64,000 nucleotides of DNA, from positions 1,465,360 to 1,529,359 of the forward strand of contig OZ252226.1 in assembly GCA_965249285.1 (NCBI GenBank), given 5' to 3'. The DNA comes from Candidatus Foliamicus sp. Its GTDB lineage: Bacteria; Pseudomonadota; Gammaproteobacteria; Steroidobacterales; Foliamicaceae. Below, one piece after another: positions 10,344 through 20,675 of the stretch. The position numbers and the translations under genes are program-made. The notes beneath the pieces were generated by a model. That model did not search any database, was not told the DNA's origin, and was given only the letters and a program-made list of their open reading frames with translations. The stretch's first letter is position 1; each line of letters begins with the position of its first letter.

Positions 10344-10611
10344 TGTCGTGTCACACGTGTATCTTCGCATCAGAGCGTTCGTAGCGCGCCAATGCAAGGC
10401 GCAGCCCGCAGGGAATACTTTTTGCCGTATTGCCCAGGGCTGCAACGCCGCAGTGGCGCGCTACCAACGCTCCCGAAGGGCGCTTCTCCCTTGGCCCGTG
10501 GCGGCGTTGCGCCCCTGGGCAATGGGAGAGACGCCATTCCCGGCGGGACGCGCCCTGCCACGGACCAAGGGAGAAGCGCTGATGCGAAGATACAGGTGTG
10601 ACACGACACTA
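10341..10611. mobile_element. MITE-like non-autonomous element with 33-bp terminal inverted repeats and two internal hairpin modules
   Basis: Positions 10341-10373 (tagtgtcgtgtcacacgtgtatcttcgcatcag) are the reverse complement of 10579-10611 with 1 mismatch. Internal hairpins pair 10374-10391 with 10454-10471 and 10480-10502 with 10557-10579. There is no coding capacity and the flanks are TA. Confidence 0.6.
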
Positions 10612-10677
10612 GGCGCTACTTGATTTTTTTGTCCCGGGTCCGTCCTTTGGGGCGGGCTACAGGTCAGTACGTATTCA

Positions 10678-12441
10678 ATGAACATGCGATCTCATTATTG
10701 CGGCGAACTCAACGCCAAACACGTCGGCGCGCAGGTGGAAGTGTGCGGCTGGGTCAACGGGCTGCGCGATCACGGCGGCGTGATCTTCATTGATCTGCGC
10801 GACCGCGACGGCATCCTGCAACTCGTATGCAATCCCGACCAGGCCGAGGTGTTTGCGGTAGCCGAAAGGGCGCGCTCGGAATTTGTGCTGCGAGCGACGG
10901 GGGGCCTGCGGCTTCGCCCCCAAGGAACGATCAACCCGGAACTCAAGACCGGCGAAGTGGAACTGGTCGCCGAAACTCTGGAAGTCTTGTCGGCGGCGCG
11001 CGACCTGCCGTTCCACCAGGGCGAAGGGGCCAACGAGGAACTTCGCCTGAAATACCGCTATCTGGATTTGCGGCGTCCGGAGATGATCTCCCGGCTGCGG
11101 CTGCGCCACAGCGTGTTGGCCGCGATCCGCGCATTCCTGGATGAGCGCGGCTTCGTGGACGTGGAAACGCCCATGCTGACGCGCGCCACGCCGGAGGGCG
11201 CCCGGGATTTTCTTTCCCCGGCACGCAATCGGCCGGGGCGCTTCTATGCCCTGCCCCAGTCTCCGCAGTTGTTCAAGCAGTTGCTGATGATGTCGGGACT
11301 GGATCGCTACTACCAGATTGTGCGTTGTTTCCGCGACGAGGACCTGCGGGCCGACCGGCAGCCGGAATTCACTCAACTGGACGTGGAAATGTCGTTCGTG
11401 GACGAGGAAGAGGTGATGGGCCTGATGGAGGCCCTGGTCCGCGGCGTTTTTGCCGCTGTGCTGGATGTGCACCTGCCCGACCCCTTCCCGCGGATGTCCT
11501 ATGCCGAGGCCATGCAACGCTATGCCAGCGATGCGCCGGATTTACGCAATCCACTGGAACTGGTGGAGTTGAGCGATGTCCTGCGCGACACGGAATTCAA
11601 GGTCTTCTCGTCTCCCGCCCGGGACCCGGGCTGCCGGGTGGCGGCCTTGCGTATCCCCGGTGGCGCCGGCATGAGCCGGCGGGAGCTGGACGAACTCACT
11701 CAATTCGTTCAGGCCATGGGCGCCAAGGGCATGGCCTGGATCAAGATCGCAGACCCGGCACAAGGGCGCGAAGGCATGCAATCGCCGCTACTCAAGTTCC
11801 TGGGCGATAAGGAAATCACTGCGCTGCTCGAGAACACCGGAGCAGCCGCCGGAGACCTGCTGTTGTTCGGCGCCGGGTCCACGGCGATAGTGAACCGCAC
11901 TCTTTCGGCGCTGCGCGACCGCCTGGGGCGGGAGCGCGAACTGCTCCGCGACGGCTGGACCCCGCTGTGGGTAACCGAGTTCCCGGCGTTTGAGCTCGAT
12001 GAAGACGACAAGCGCTGGAAAGCCCTCCACCACCCGTTCACCGCGCCGGGAGTGACGGCTGCCGATGAACTGCTCAAACACCCCGGCAAGACGGTCTCGC
12101 GCGCCTACGACCTGGTACTGAACGGCCATGAGATCGGCGGCGGCTCCATCCGCATTCACCAGCGCGAAATGCAATCGGCTGTCTTTGAGTTGCTGGGGCT
12201 CTCGGCCGAGGAAGCCGACGCACAGTTCGGGTTCTTCCTGAAGGCACTGGAGTTCGGCGTGCCGCCCCATGGTGGCATCGCCTTCGGCATTGACCGCTGG
12301 GTCATGCTCATGGCGCAAGCGGAATCCATCCGCGAAGTCATTGCATTCCCCAAGACCCAGTCCGGCGCCTGCCCCCTCACCGGCGCCCCGGCTGCCGTGG
12401 AGTCGAAGCAGCTGCGCGAGTTGGGCATCCGCCCGTTATAA
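10678..12441 (+). CDS. aspS: aspartate--tRNA ligase
   Basis: 587 aa starting MRSHYCGEL..., with HGGVIFIDLRDRDG and the class II motifs. The start may instead be 10684. Confidence 0.95.
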   Translation: MNMRSHYCGELNAKHVGAQVEVCGWVNGLRDHGGVIFIDLRDRDGILQLVCNPDQAEVFAVAERARSEFVLRATGGLRLRPQGTINPELKTGEVELVAETLEVLSAARDLPFHQGEGANEELRLKYRYLDLRRPEMISRLRLRHSVLAAIRAFLDERGFVDVETPMLTRATPEGARDFLSPARNRPGRFYALPQSPQLFKQLLMMSGLDRYYQIVRCFRDEDLRADRQPEFTQLDVEMSFVDEEEVMGLMEALVRGVFAAVLDVHLPDPFPRMSYAEAMQRYASDAPDLRNPLELVELSDVLRDTEFKVFSSPARDPGCRVAALRIPGGAGMSRRELDELTQFVQAMGAKGMAWIKIADPAQGREGMQSPLLKFLGDKEITALLENTGAAAGDLLLFGAGSTAIVNRTLSALRDRLGRERELLRDGWTPLWVTEFPAFELDEDDKRWKALHHPFTAPGVTAADELLKHPGKTVSRAYDLVLNGHEIGGGSIRIHQREMQSAVFELLGLSAEEADAQFGFFLKALEFGVPPHGGIAFGIDRWVMLMAQAESIREVIAFPKTQSGACPLTGAPAAVESKQLRELGIRPL

Positions 12442-12477
12442 AATTCGCGCAGCCTCACGGCTGGTCCTTTTACTCCC

Positions 12478-12825
12478 ATGCCAATTTACGAATACGAATG
12501 CCGCGAATGCGGATACCGGCTGGATGCGCTGCAGAAGATCAGTGATCCTCAACTAAGCGATTGCCCGGAGTGCAGGCAGCCCGCCCTGAAGAAACTCGTT
12601 TCGGCGCCGCACTTCCGGCTCAAGGGCAGCGGCTGGTATGAAACCGACTTCAAGCACGGCGGCGCCGGGAAATCGGACCAGGGCGCTGAAAGCGGCGAGT
12701 CCAAGGCCTCATCCGAAGGCGGCAAGGATTCCGAAGGCAGCAAGGATTCCGGGGAAAGCAAGACGGAATCTTCCGGCAGCGGGAGCGCCAAGGAAAGCGC
12801 TGCAACCGAAGCAACCGCCTCATGA
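12478..12825 (+). CDS. FmdB-family zinc-ribbon protein with an acidic Ser/Gly/Lys-rich tail
   Basis: MPIYEYECRECG...CPECRQ forms a CxxC...CxxC ribbon, followed by a low-complexity tail. Confidence 0.8.
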   Translation: MPIYEYECRECGYRLDALQKISDPQLSDCPECRQPALKKLVSAPHFRLKGSGWYETDFKHGGAGKSDQGAESGESKASSEGGKDSEGSKDSGESKTESSGSGSAKESAATEATAS

Positions 12826-12828
12826 ATC

Positions 12829-13509
12829 ATGGCGATTAGGAACTGGTGGCCGCGTCTGCGCCGCATTCTGGTGGCGGGACTGCTGGTGTGGGTTCCGCTG
12901 GGCGTAACGGTATTTCTATTGGGGCTGCTGGTGAATTTGGCGGACACGACTCTGGGCTTGATTCCGCCACAGTATCGGCCCGAAGCCCTGCTGAATCTGG
13001 ACTTTGTTATTCCCGGCCAGGGAATAGTGCTCAGCCTCCTGTTGCTGTTTTTTACCGGACTTGTTGCCGCCAACGTATTTGGTAAGCGGATAATTTCATT
13101 CTGGGAAGGGGTGCTGCGCCGCATTCCCCTGGTGCGGCCCATTTACACGGCCGTCAAGGGCTTTCTGGAGATGGTCTTGAGCGGGCAGAGCGGCTCCTTC
13201 AGCCGCGTGCTGCTGATCGAGTATCCGCGCAAGGGCGTCTACTGCATCGCGTTTCAGACCTCCAGCACAGTGGGCCAGATCGCGGAACACACGCCGGAAG
13301 GGTGCGTATTCGTGTTCGTGCCCACTACACCCAACCCCACCTCCGGATTCCTGGTTGTGGCGCCCAAAAAGGACCTGATTGAACTGGACATGAGCGTGGA
13401 AGACGCCATCAAGCTTGTGGTGTCCGTTGGCGTGGTCGTGCCGGACCCGTCGCAACTGAAGCGCGCCGACTCGGCCGGGCGCGCGGAGCGCGCCGCCGGT
13501 GACGCATGA
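12829..13509 (+). CDS. DUF502-family membrane protein
   Basis: 226 aa with two N-terminal TM segments and the conserved FVPTTPNPTSGFL block that I associate with DUF502. Confidence 0.72.
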   Translation: MAIRNWWPRLRRILVAGLLVWVPLGVTVFLLGLLVNLADTTLGLIPPQYRPEALLNLDFVIPGQGIVLSLLLLFFTGLVAANVFGKRIISFWEGVLRRIPLVRPIYTAVKGFLEMVLSGQSGSFSRVLLIEYPRKGVYCIAFQTSSTVGQIAEHTPEGCVFVFVPTTPNPTSGFLVVAPKKDLIELDMSVEDAIKLVVSVGVVVPDPSQLKRADSAGRAERAAGDA

Positions 13510-14333
13510 GCGCCGGGCCGAGTGACGTATCGGTAATCTTCAGCACCTTCCAGCAGCCCGAGTGGCTGCGCAAGGCCCTTTGCGGATTCGCCTCTCAATC
13601 CCATCCGGACTTTGAGATCGTTGTGGCCGATGACGGCTCCGGCGAGGAAACCGCTGATGTCATCCGTTCGGCCGGAAGACGCACGGGATTGCAGATCGAG
13701 CACGTTTGGCAGGCCGACCGCGGGTTTCGAAAATGCCGCGTACTCAACAAGGCCATCGCAAGGTCCCGCGGCGACTACCTGATATTCACCGACGGTGATT
13801 GCATCGCGCATCCGGAATTCGTGGCCCGGCACCTGGAACTGGCCGAACCCGGGCGTTTCCTGTCCGGTGGCCTGCTGCGCCTGCCGCTCGGTCTGTCGCA
13901 CAACCTCCAGCCGGACGATATCTACTCCGGCCGTGCTTTTTCGGCTTCCTGGCTGCGCGGAAGGGGTATGCCGCTCACCTACAAGTTGCTCAAGCTCAGC
14001 GCGGGCCTCGGCTTCGGAGCGCTACTGGACCGCATTTCCCCGGCCACCGCCGGCTGGAACGGGCACAACGCTTCCGGCTGGAAGTCGGACATCCTTCAGG
14101 CGAACGGGTTTGACGAGCGAATGGGCTACGGCGGCGAGGACCGCGAACTGGGGGAGCGCCTGGAGAACGCCGGCATTCGCGGCAAGCGCATTCGCCACCG
14201 GGTCACTTGTTTGCACCTGGATCACCCGCGCGGCTACGTTGACCCGGAAGTGCGCGCGGCCAACCTTGCCATCCGCGGCAAGACCAGGCGGCTGCGCCGC
14301 ACGCGGACCGAGCACGGAATCGCGCAGTTGTAG
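13506..14333 (+). CDS. family 2 glycosyltransferase
   Basis: VSVIFSTFQQPEWL...FEIVVADDGSGEET...FTDGDC (DxD-like). The start ATGA overlaps the stop of the upstream gene. Confidence 0.8.
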   Translation: MSAGPSDVSVIFSTFQQPEWLRKALCGFASQSHPDFEIVVADDGSGEETADVIRSAGRRTGLQIEHVWQADRGFRKCRVLNKAIARSRGDYLIFTDGDCIAHPEFVARHLELAEPGRFLSGGLLRLPLGLSHNLQPDDIYSGRAFSASWLRGRGMPLTYKLLKLSAGLGFGALLDRISPATAGWNGHNASGWKSDILQANGFDERMGYGGEDRELGERLENAGIRGKRIRHRVTCLHLDHPRGYVDPEVRAANLAIRGKTRRLRRTRTEHGIAQL

Positions 14334-14337
14334 TTGA

Positions 14338-14407
14338 CCCGGGAACGAGGGCGTCCTGCCTTCTTTCCCGAGCAGCGTGTCGAGGGCAGGATGCCCTCGT
14401 TCCCGGG
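14338..14407. repeat. REP pair forming a 70-nt palindrome between convergent genes
   Basis: cccgggaacgagggcgtcctgcc...gtcgagggcaggatgccctcgttcccggg. Confidence 0.8.
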
Positions 14408-14411
14408 TTGG

Positions 14412-17243
14412 TTAGGAACCGGTGGCTGCGATCTCGCCGGCGGCTTCAGCCTTGGCCTTGTCGCCGGCGATGAAGATCACGAAATCATCGGCGTTGAGGT
14501 ATTTACGGAACGCTTCGTTGACTTCGTCGAGCGAAAGCGCCCTGTAACGCTCGTGCATCGCTCCATACCACTCGGCATCCAGACCGTGTTCCGCACCGGA
14601 CCGTAAGATTCGCGCCAGGCTGCCGTCGCTGGACCAGGAACTCAGGTCGCTTGAAATGCTGCCGTCCACAGCGTCCTGAAGCTCGTCTGCCGTGAATCCG
14701 TCGTCGAGTGCACGCTGCAATTCTTCCAGGGCCCCGGCCTTGACCTTTACAAGGTTTTCCGGAGCTGCGATGGCGCGCATAGAGAGGCTGCCCTGATCGT
14801 CGCCCACGCGGCGGGACGCGCTCATTCCGCCTCCCGCTCCATACGACCAGCCCTCCTTCTGACGCAGCCGATCAATCAGGCGATTGCTCATCCCGCCGCC
14901 GCCGAAGATCCGTGTGCCAATGGCCAGCGCGGCGTAATCAGCGTCGCGAATGTTCAGCGGAACCGGGAGAGCGGCAATCATGACCCCGTTGGCCTTGTCC
15001 GGGGTATCCAGCCATGCCTGCTGCGACGCCACCGGATGGTGGCTGCTCGGCGCCGGCACGTAGGCGACCGTCGCTTCCCAATCGCCGAACAGTTCATTCA
15101 GGCGCGCTGCCAGGGTAGCGGAATCTATGTTGCCCACGGCCGTTGCAATCGCTCCCTGAAAACCGACGTGCGAGTTCCAGAATTCCGCCAGATCGTCCCG
15201 CTTTATGTTCCGGATCATTTCCTCCTGTTCGTCCAGGTCCAAGGCGTAGCGGAAGTGGCCCGGGCCGTACGGACTCAGCGCCTTGGAAAGGGCGATATTG
15301 GCAACGCTGCCCGGCTGGCCACGGGCCCCGGCCAGGCTCGCCAGCGCGGAGCGCCTGACTTCCTCCAGTTGATCGGAATCGAAAACGGGCTCACGCAGCA
15401 CATGCGCCATCAGCGCAAGCGCTGCATCAAAATTGGCCTCGTCGGTCGTCAGCGTGGCGCTTACTCCCTGTCCGCCGGCGCCAACACCCATGCTGCTCTT
15501 CAAACGGTTCCACTCGGTGGCCAACTTGTCGCGCGTGTAGCGCGTCGTACCACGTTGCAATTGACCAGCTGCATAACCAGAGACGCCTTGTTTGCCGGAC
15601 AGACTTTCCTCGCTGCCGAAGAACAGGTTCAGCGATACAATGATCTGGTCGCCGCGGGATTTCTTCTCGATCGCCCAGAGTGAACCGTCTCCCGCCAACT
15701 CATGCTTGACGGTGCGGGCGGAGATATTCTCAGGCGTGGGAGCAAATTCTTCGCCGGCGCTTACCGATTGCCGTCCCGCCATAGCCGCAAGCTCAACGCT
15801 TTGATCGCCACGCGCGGCAACCATGGCCCGATCCGGGGTTTCGGTGGGAACAAACATGCCGGCGGTGCGATTGCTGCGCTTGAAGTGCTGCACCGCGGCC
15901 GCATTGAGATCTTCCACCGTGAGCGCATCCAGCTGGTCCTTGTAAAGGAACAGATACCGCCAATCTCCCGCGGCGATACTTTCCGAAAGATACGTCGCCA
16001 GCGAGCGGACGCTCTTGATTGCGTTTTCGTAGCCCGAAGAAAGCGCCAACCGGGCCCACTCGAGTTCTTCTTCGGTAATGGGCTCCTCGGCAATGCCTTC
16101 AGCCACCTCCAAAAGGGCGTCCATTACCTGTTGCGCGTCACCGTCCACCGGCACCGTCGCGTTGAACTTGAACAGGCACGGGAAGGCAAACTCTTCAGCT
16201 CTGGCGCTTGCGCCGGCGGCTATGCCCGGTTCCACCAGCTTGCGGTACAGCCGCCCGCGGCTGGAATCGGACAGTATCCGCGCCACCACGCCCAACGCCG
16301 TGTTCTCGTATGTGGCGCCGGACGGAATGTGGTAAGCAGCCATCACCAGGCTCTGCTCTCCAACGCGCCTTAGCGTTACGAGGCGCTCGCCGTCCTGCAC
16401 CGGTTCGACGGTATAAAGGCTCGGCAGTTCCCGTTCGGGCGCCTGCAAGGCGCCGAAGGAGTCGGCGATGATCGCCGCCGTTTCCTTGGGATCGAAATCG
16501 CCGGCCACGATCAAGGTGGCGTTGTCGGGCTGGTAGTACATGCGATAAAAGGCCTGCAGACGCAAGATATCCACGCCCTCTACGTCGGAGCGCGCACCTA
16601 TGGTGGAGTTGCCGTAGTTATGCCATTCGAAGGCTGCGGCCGTTACGCGCTGATTCAACATCCTTCCCGGGCTGTTTTCGCCACGCTCCATCTCATTGCG
16701 CACCACCGAAAATTCGGATTGCAGATCATCATACGAGATATAGGAATTGACCATGCGGTCGGCCTCCATCCGCAAGGCCCATTCCAGGTTGTCATCGGTG
16801 GGTTCGAAGCTCTCGAAGTAATTGGTGCGATCGAGCCAGGTGGTGCCGTTGAAACCCATGCCGCGCTCGGCGAAATCCTTGGGAATTGCGGGATGGTCGG
16901 GAGTGCCCTTGAACAGAAGGTGCTCCAGAAGGTGCGCCATGCCGGTTTCGCCGTAATTCTCGTGCATGGAACCGACGTGGTAGGTAACGTTCACTGTCAC
17001 CCGCGCCTGTGCGCTGTCGGGAAACAGCAGCACCTGCAGGCCGTTGGGCATTGTGTACTCGTGAATACCCTCCACGCTGGTTACGTAATCGAAACCCCCC
17101 TCGCCGCCGGAGAGCCCCAGTGGATCGTCTGCCGCCACTGGATCTTCTGCTACATTCGACAGGGAAGTACAGCTCGATGTCACCACCGCGGATGCCGGCA
17201 GCGCCAGCAACATGACGATCAATCCTTTCCTCAGATTCCTCAT
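14412..17243 (-). CDS. secreted M16 (pitrilysin/insulinase) family zinc peptidase, double-unit
   Basis: 943 aa with an N-terminal signal or lipobox-like sequence (LLALPASAVVTSSC), the inverted zinc motif HLLEHLLF, and two tandem M16 halves. Confidence 0.85.
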   Translation of the reverse strand: MRNLRKGLIVMLLALPASAVVTSSCTSLSNVAEDPVAADDPLGLSGGEGGFDYVTSVEGIHEYTMPNGLQVLLFPDSAQARVTVNVTYHVGSMHENYGETGMAHLLEHLLFKGTPDHPAIPKDFAERGMGFNGTTWLDRTNYFESFEPTDDNLEWALRMEADRMVNSYISYDDLQSEFSVVRNEMERGENSPGRMLNQRVTAAAFEWHNYGNSTIGARSDVEGVDILRLQAFYRMYYQPDNATLIVAGDFDPKETAAIIADSFGALQAPERELPSLYTVEPVQDGERLVTLRRVGEQSLVMAAYHIPSGATYENTALGVVARILSDSSRGRLYRKLVEPGIAAGASARAEEFAFPCLFKFNATVPVDGDAQQVMDALLEVAEGIAEEPITEEELEWARLALSSGYENAIKSVRSLATYLSESIAAGDWRYLFLYKDQLDALTVEDLNAAAVQHFKRSNRTAGMFVPTETPDRAMVAARGDQSVELAAMAGRQSVSAGEEFAPTPENISARTVKHELAGDGSLWAIEKKSRGDQIIVSLNLFFGSEESLSGKQGVSGYAAGQLQRGTTRYTRDKLATEWNRLKSSMGVGAGGQGVSATLTTDEANFDAALALMAHVLREPVFDSDQLEEVRRSALASLAGARGQPGSVANIALSKALSPYGPGHFRYALDLDEQEEMIRNIKRDDLAEFWNSHVGFQGAIATAVGNIDSATLAARLNELFGDWEATVAYVPAPSSHHPVASQQAWLDTPDKANGVMIAALPVPLNIRDADYAALAIGTRIFGGGGMSNRLIDRLRQKEGWSYGAGGGMSASRRVGDDQGSLSMRAIAAPENLVKVKAGALEELQRALDDGFTADELQDAVDGSISSDLSSWSSDGSLARILRSGAEHGLDAEWYGAMHERYRALSLDEVNEAFRKYLNADDFVIFIAGDKAKAEAAGEIAATGS

Positions 17244-17350
17244 TGCAATTTCCTCAAAATAATATCTACGTAAACTAAATCTGATGCGGCCGCGATCCAG
17301 AACGTCGCACTATAACCGCGCCCGACGATCGGGACGGAAGCGCGACAATC

Positions 17351-19942
17351 TTACGCCTCCTTAGACCGGCCTGTGACAGATATGGCGGTCTTGCCGTTCT
17401 TATCCGCCACCACAAGCGTCTCACCGGCCTTCGCGCCCGTCGACAACAGCCATTCCGCCAGGGGGTTCTCCACGTAGTCGCGAATCACCCGCTTCAGCGG
17501 CCGCGCGCCGTAGGCCGGATCGTAGCCGAGATTAGACAGGCGCAACCTTACGGCATCCTTAACTTCAAGGCCCAAGTCCTGTTCCGCCAGCCGCGCCGCC
17601 AGGCGATCCAGCTGCAAGTCCACGATCGCGCGAATTTCGTCGCGGCTAAGCGGCTTGAACACCACGATATCGTCGATGCGGTTGAGAAACTCCGGGCGGA
17701 AATGCGCGCGCAGCGAAGTCATCACGGTATTCTTGATTTCATCGTGCGGTGAGCCCGCCAGGGACCGGATTTGATCCGAGGCGAGATTGGAAGTCATGAT
17801 CACTACCGTGTTGCGGAAGTCCACGGTGCGTCCCTGGCCGTCGGTCAGGCGACCCTCGTCCAGTAATTGCAGCAGGATGTTGAGCGCGTCCGGATGGGCT
17901 TTTTCCAGTTCATCCAGAAGCAGAACCGAATAGGGCCGGCGGCGCACCGCCTCGGTCAGCTGACCGCCTTCCTCGTAGCCCACATAGCCGGGTGGAGCGC
18001 CCACTAGGCGCGAAATCGCGTGTTTCTCCATGTATTCCGACATGTCCACGCGCACCAGCGCCGACTCGCCGTCGAACAGGAACTCCGCCAGCGCCTTGCA
18101 AAGCTCAGTCTTTCCCACGCCGGTCGGCCCAAGGAACAGGAACGATCCGATGGGACGATCCGGGTCGGCCAGCCCGGCGCGGGAGCGGCGGATGGCCCGC
18201 GAAACCGCGCGCACCGCCTCGTCCTGCCCAACCAGGCGGGCGTGCAACTCCTCTTCCATGTGATTGAGCCGCTCGCGTTCGCCGGTCAGCATACGGGCCA
18301 CGGGGATGCCCGTGGCGCGGGCCACGATGGCCGCGATATCCGCTTCATCAACCCGGCTCGACAGCATGGCTGCGGATGAACCGTGAGCGTCCTGCGCCTG
18401 CGATTCCTTTAGCTTCTTCTCCAGCTCCGGTATTACTCCGTAGTGCAGTTCCGACATGCGCTGAAGGTCCTGGCCACGGCCTGCTTTTTCCAATGCCAGA
18501 CGAGCCTGTTCAAGCTGCTCCTTGAGCCCGGCGGCCTCCTGGGTGTGGGCTTTTTGCGCCTGCCAGACCTCCGAGAGGCTCAAGTACTCCCTTTCCCGCT
18601 CGGCTATTTCAGCATCCAGATCCGCCAGCCGCTGCCTGGCGCCTTCTTCTTCATCCTTGCGCAGGGCCTCACGCTCAATCTTCAGTTGGATCAGGCGGCG
18701 CTGCAGCCGGTCGATGGCTTCGGGTTTCGAGTCCATTTGCAGGCGAATGCGGGCCGCGGCTTCGTCCACCAGGTCGATGGCCTTGTCGGGCAGCCTGCGA
18801 TCGCTGACGTAGCGTTGCGAGAGGGTGGCGGCGGCCACGATCGCGGCGTCGGAAATCACCACGCCGTGATGCACCTCATAGCGCTCCTTGAGTCCGCGCA
18901 GGATGGCGATGGTGTCCTCCACGCTCGGCTCCTCGATCATCACCTTCTGGAAACGCCGTTCCAGCGCGCCGTCCTTTTCGAGGCGCCGGCGGTATTCGTC
19001 CAGGGTGGTGGCGCCCACGCAGTGCAACTCACCGCGCGCCAGGGCCGGTTTGAGCATGTTGCCGGCGTCCATGGCGCCCTCGGCCTTGCCCGCGCCCACC
19101 AGCGTGTGCAGCTCGTCAATAAACAGAATGATCCGGCCTTCGTGCCTGGCCAGCTCCTTTAGGACCGCCTTCAGCCGCTCCTCGAACTCGCCCCGATACT
19201 TGGCGCCGGCAATCATCGCACCCAGGTCCAGGGCAAGCAGGCGCTTTTTCCTGAGACTTTCGGGAACCTCGTTGTTGGCGATACGTTGCGCCAGGCCCTC
19301 CGCGACGGCGGTCTTGCCAACGCCCGGTTCGCCGATCAGCACCGGGTTGTTCTTGGTGCGCCGTTGCAGGATGTGCATGGTCCGGCGGATTTCCTCGTCG
19401 CGGCCGATGATCGGATCGAGCTTGCCCTCCTCAGCCAGGCGGGTGAGATCAATTGCGTATTTCTCAAGCGCGCCGCGCAATTCCTCGGCGCCGGCTTCGT
19501 CTACCGTTTCCCCGCCTCGAAGCTGGTCAATAGCCGCCTCCAGCCGGGCCGGCTCAACGCCAGCTTCCTTCAGAAGTCGAGCGTGCTCGCCCTTGTCGCC
19601 GGCCGCCGCCAGCAGCAGGACTTCACTGCTTACGACGGTATCGCCACGCTTGCGCGCCAGCTTCCCGGCCAGATTCAGGACTCGCCCCAGTGCGGCCGAC
19701 GCATGCAGATCACCGTCCTGACCCTGCACGCATGCCATCCGCTCAAGGGTCTCGGTCAGGCCCGTGCGCAGCCTGCCGGTGTCGGCTCCGGCATGGCGCA
19801 GGAGAGGAAGAATTGCGCCTCCATCCTGGTCGAGTAGCGCCTGGAGAACGTGCAGCGGTTCGAGAAACTGATGGTTGGCGTCCACAGCTCTTGCCCGCGC
19901 TTCGGTCAGAGCGTCTCGCACACGATTGGTGAATTGGTCCAT
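17351..19942 (-). CDS. clpB: ATP-dependent chaperone ClpB
   Basis: 863 aa with two AAA+ modules ([16 protein letters not shown]) and a long middle coiled coil. Confidence 0.97.
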   Translation of the reverse strand: MDQFTNRVRDALTEARARAVDANHQFLEPLHVLQALLDQDGGAILPLLRHAGADTGRLRTGLTETLERMACVQGQDGDLHASAALGRVLNLAGKLARKRGDTVVSSEVLLLAAAGDKGEHARLLKEAGVEPARLEAAIDQLRGGETVDEAGAEELRGALEKYAIDLTRLAEEGKLDPIIGRDEEIRRTMHILQRRTKNNPVLIGEPGVGKTAVAEGLAQRIANNEVPESLRKKRLLALDLGAMIAGAKYRGEFEERLKAVLKELARHEGRIILFIDELHTLVGAGKAEGAMDAGNMLKPALARGELHCVGATTLDEYRRRLEKDGALERRFQKVMIEEPSVEDTIAILRGLKERYEVHHGVVISDAAIVAAATLSQRYVSDRRLPDKAIDLVDEAAARIRLQMDSKPEAIDRLQRRLIQLKIEREALRKDEEEGARQRLADLDAEIAEREREYLSLSEVWQAQKAHTQEAAGLKEQLEQARLALEKAGRGQDLQRMSELHYGVIPELEKKLKESQAQDAHGSSAAMLSSRVDEADIAAIVARATGIPVARMLTGERERLNHMEEELHARLVGQDEAVRAVSRAIRRSRAGLADPDRPIGSFLFLGPTGVGKTELCKALAEFLFDGESALVRVDMSEYMEKHAISRLVGAPPGYVGYEEGGQLTEAVRRRPYSVLLLDELEKAHPDALNILLQLLDEGRLTDGQGRTVDFRNTVVIMTSNLASDQIRSLAGSPHDEIKNTVMTSLRAHFRPEFLNRIDDIVVFKPLSRDEIRAIVDLQLDRLAARLAEQDLGLEVKDAVRLRLSNLGYDPAYGARPLKRVIRDYVENPLAEWLLSTGAKAGETLVVADKNGKTAISVTGRSKEA

Positions 19943-19994
19943 GGTGCGGATATAGCGCCCGGAGCGCCGAATTCAACCGGGACTTCCGACTACG

Positions 19995-20675
19995 TTAACC
20001 GGCCGTAAGCCAGATAAAGGAGGCGTGCCGGCCTGTATTGCCGTCCCTACGGTAGGAATGAAAGCGCCCGGGATCGGAAAAGGTGCACCAGCGACCGCCC
20101 TGGACCCGGGAGATGCCCAGGCACTCCAATTTGTGCCGGGCCAGGGACGCCAGATCCAGCAGCCAGTGTTCGCTGTCCTGGAGCAGGAAGAACCTTGCCG
20201 CATCCGGCGTGCCGGTCGTAATGGCCCGGTACACGTCCGCCCTTACCTGGTATGCGGATCCACCGATCCCCGGTCCGATCCAGGCCATCAAACGCTCCGG
20301 CCCCACGGCCTCGGCTGGACCCCGGCAAAGCGCCGCAACGGTCGATTCAATCACTCCCGAAGCCAGACCGCGCCAGCCGGCATGCACCGTACCGACCCGG
20401 GTCCCGGCATCGTCGCACAGCAGAATCGGCAGGCAGTCCGCGGTACGCACGACGCAAGGCCGGTGCGAAGAAAACGAAATGCAGCCATCGGCGCGGGCGG
20501 AAGTCCAGTCGTCGTCCGCGCATACCACGTCGGCGCCATGAACCTGCGAAAGCCAGCGCGGTTCGCCCGGAATCCCAAGTGACCGCCAGGCTTCGTCGGG
20601 CGTAACGCCGCGCAGGGTGCTGGCGGCACGTACCGAGCGGGGCGCGGGCCAATCGGGATGAATCAACTGCTCCAT
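19995..20675 (-). CDS. pgeF: peptidoglycan editing factor PgeF (YfiH / laccase-domain protein)
   Basis: Contains the YfiH motifs (TADCLPILL, HAGWRG, CTFSD...FHSYRRDG). I chose the ATG at 20675 (MEQLIHPDW). The rluD-yfiH-clpB order matches E. coli. Confidence 0.85.
   Translation of the reverse strand: MEQLIHPDWPAPRSVRAASTLRGVTPDEAWRSLGIPGEPRWLSQVHGADVVCADDDWTSARADGCISFSSHRPCVVRTADCLPILLCDDAGTRVGTVHAGWRGLASGVIESTVAALCRGPAEAVGPERLMAWIGPGIGGSAYQVRADVYRAITTGTPDAARFFLLQDSEHWLLDLASLARHKLECLGISRVQGGRWCTFSDPGRFHSYRRDGNTGRHASFIWLTAG

Noticed and set aside
14334-14606. Recurring small ORFs sharing peptides such as EGRMPSFP / GRMPSLH (14334-14606, 22276-22722, 26548-26865, 39664-40062, 41693-41986, 53916-54980, 57065-57925).
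   Set aside because: The shared peptide is the translation of the REP core GAGGGCAGGATGCCCTCGTTCCC. The ORFs start or end in intergenic repeats and otherwise run antisense to real genes.
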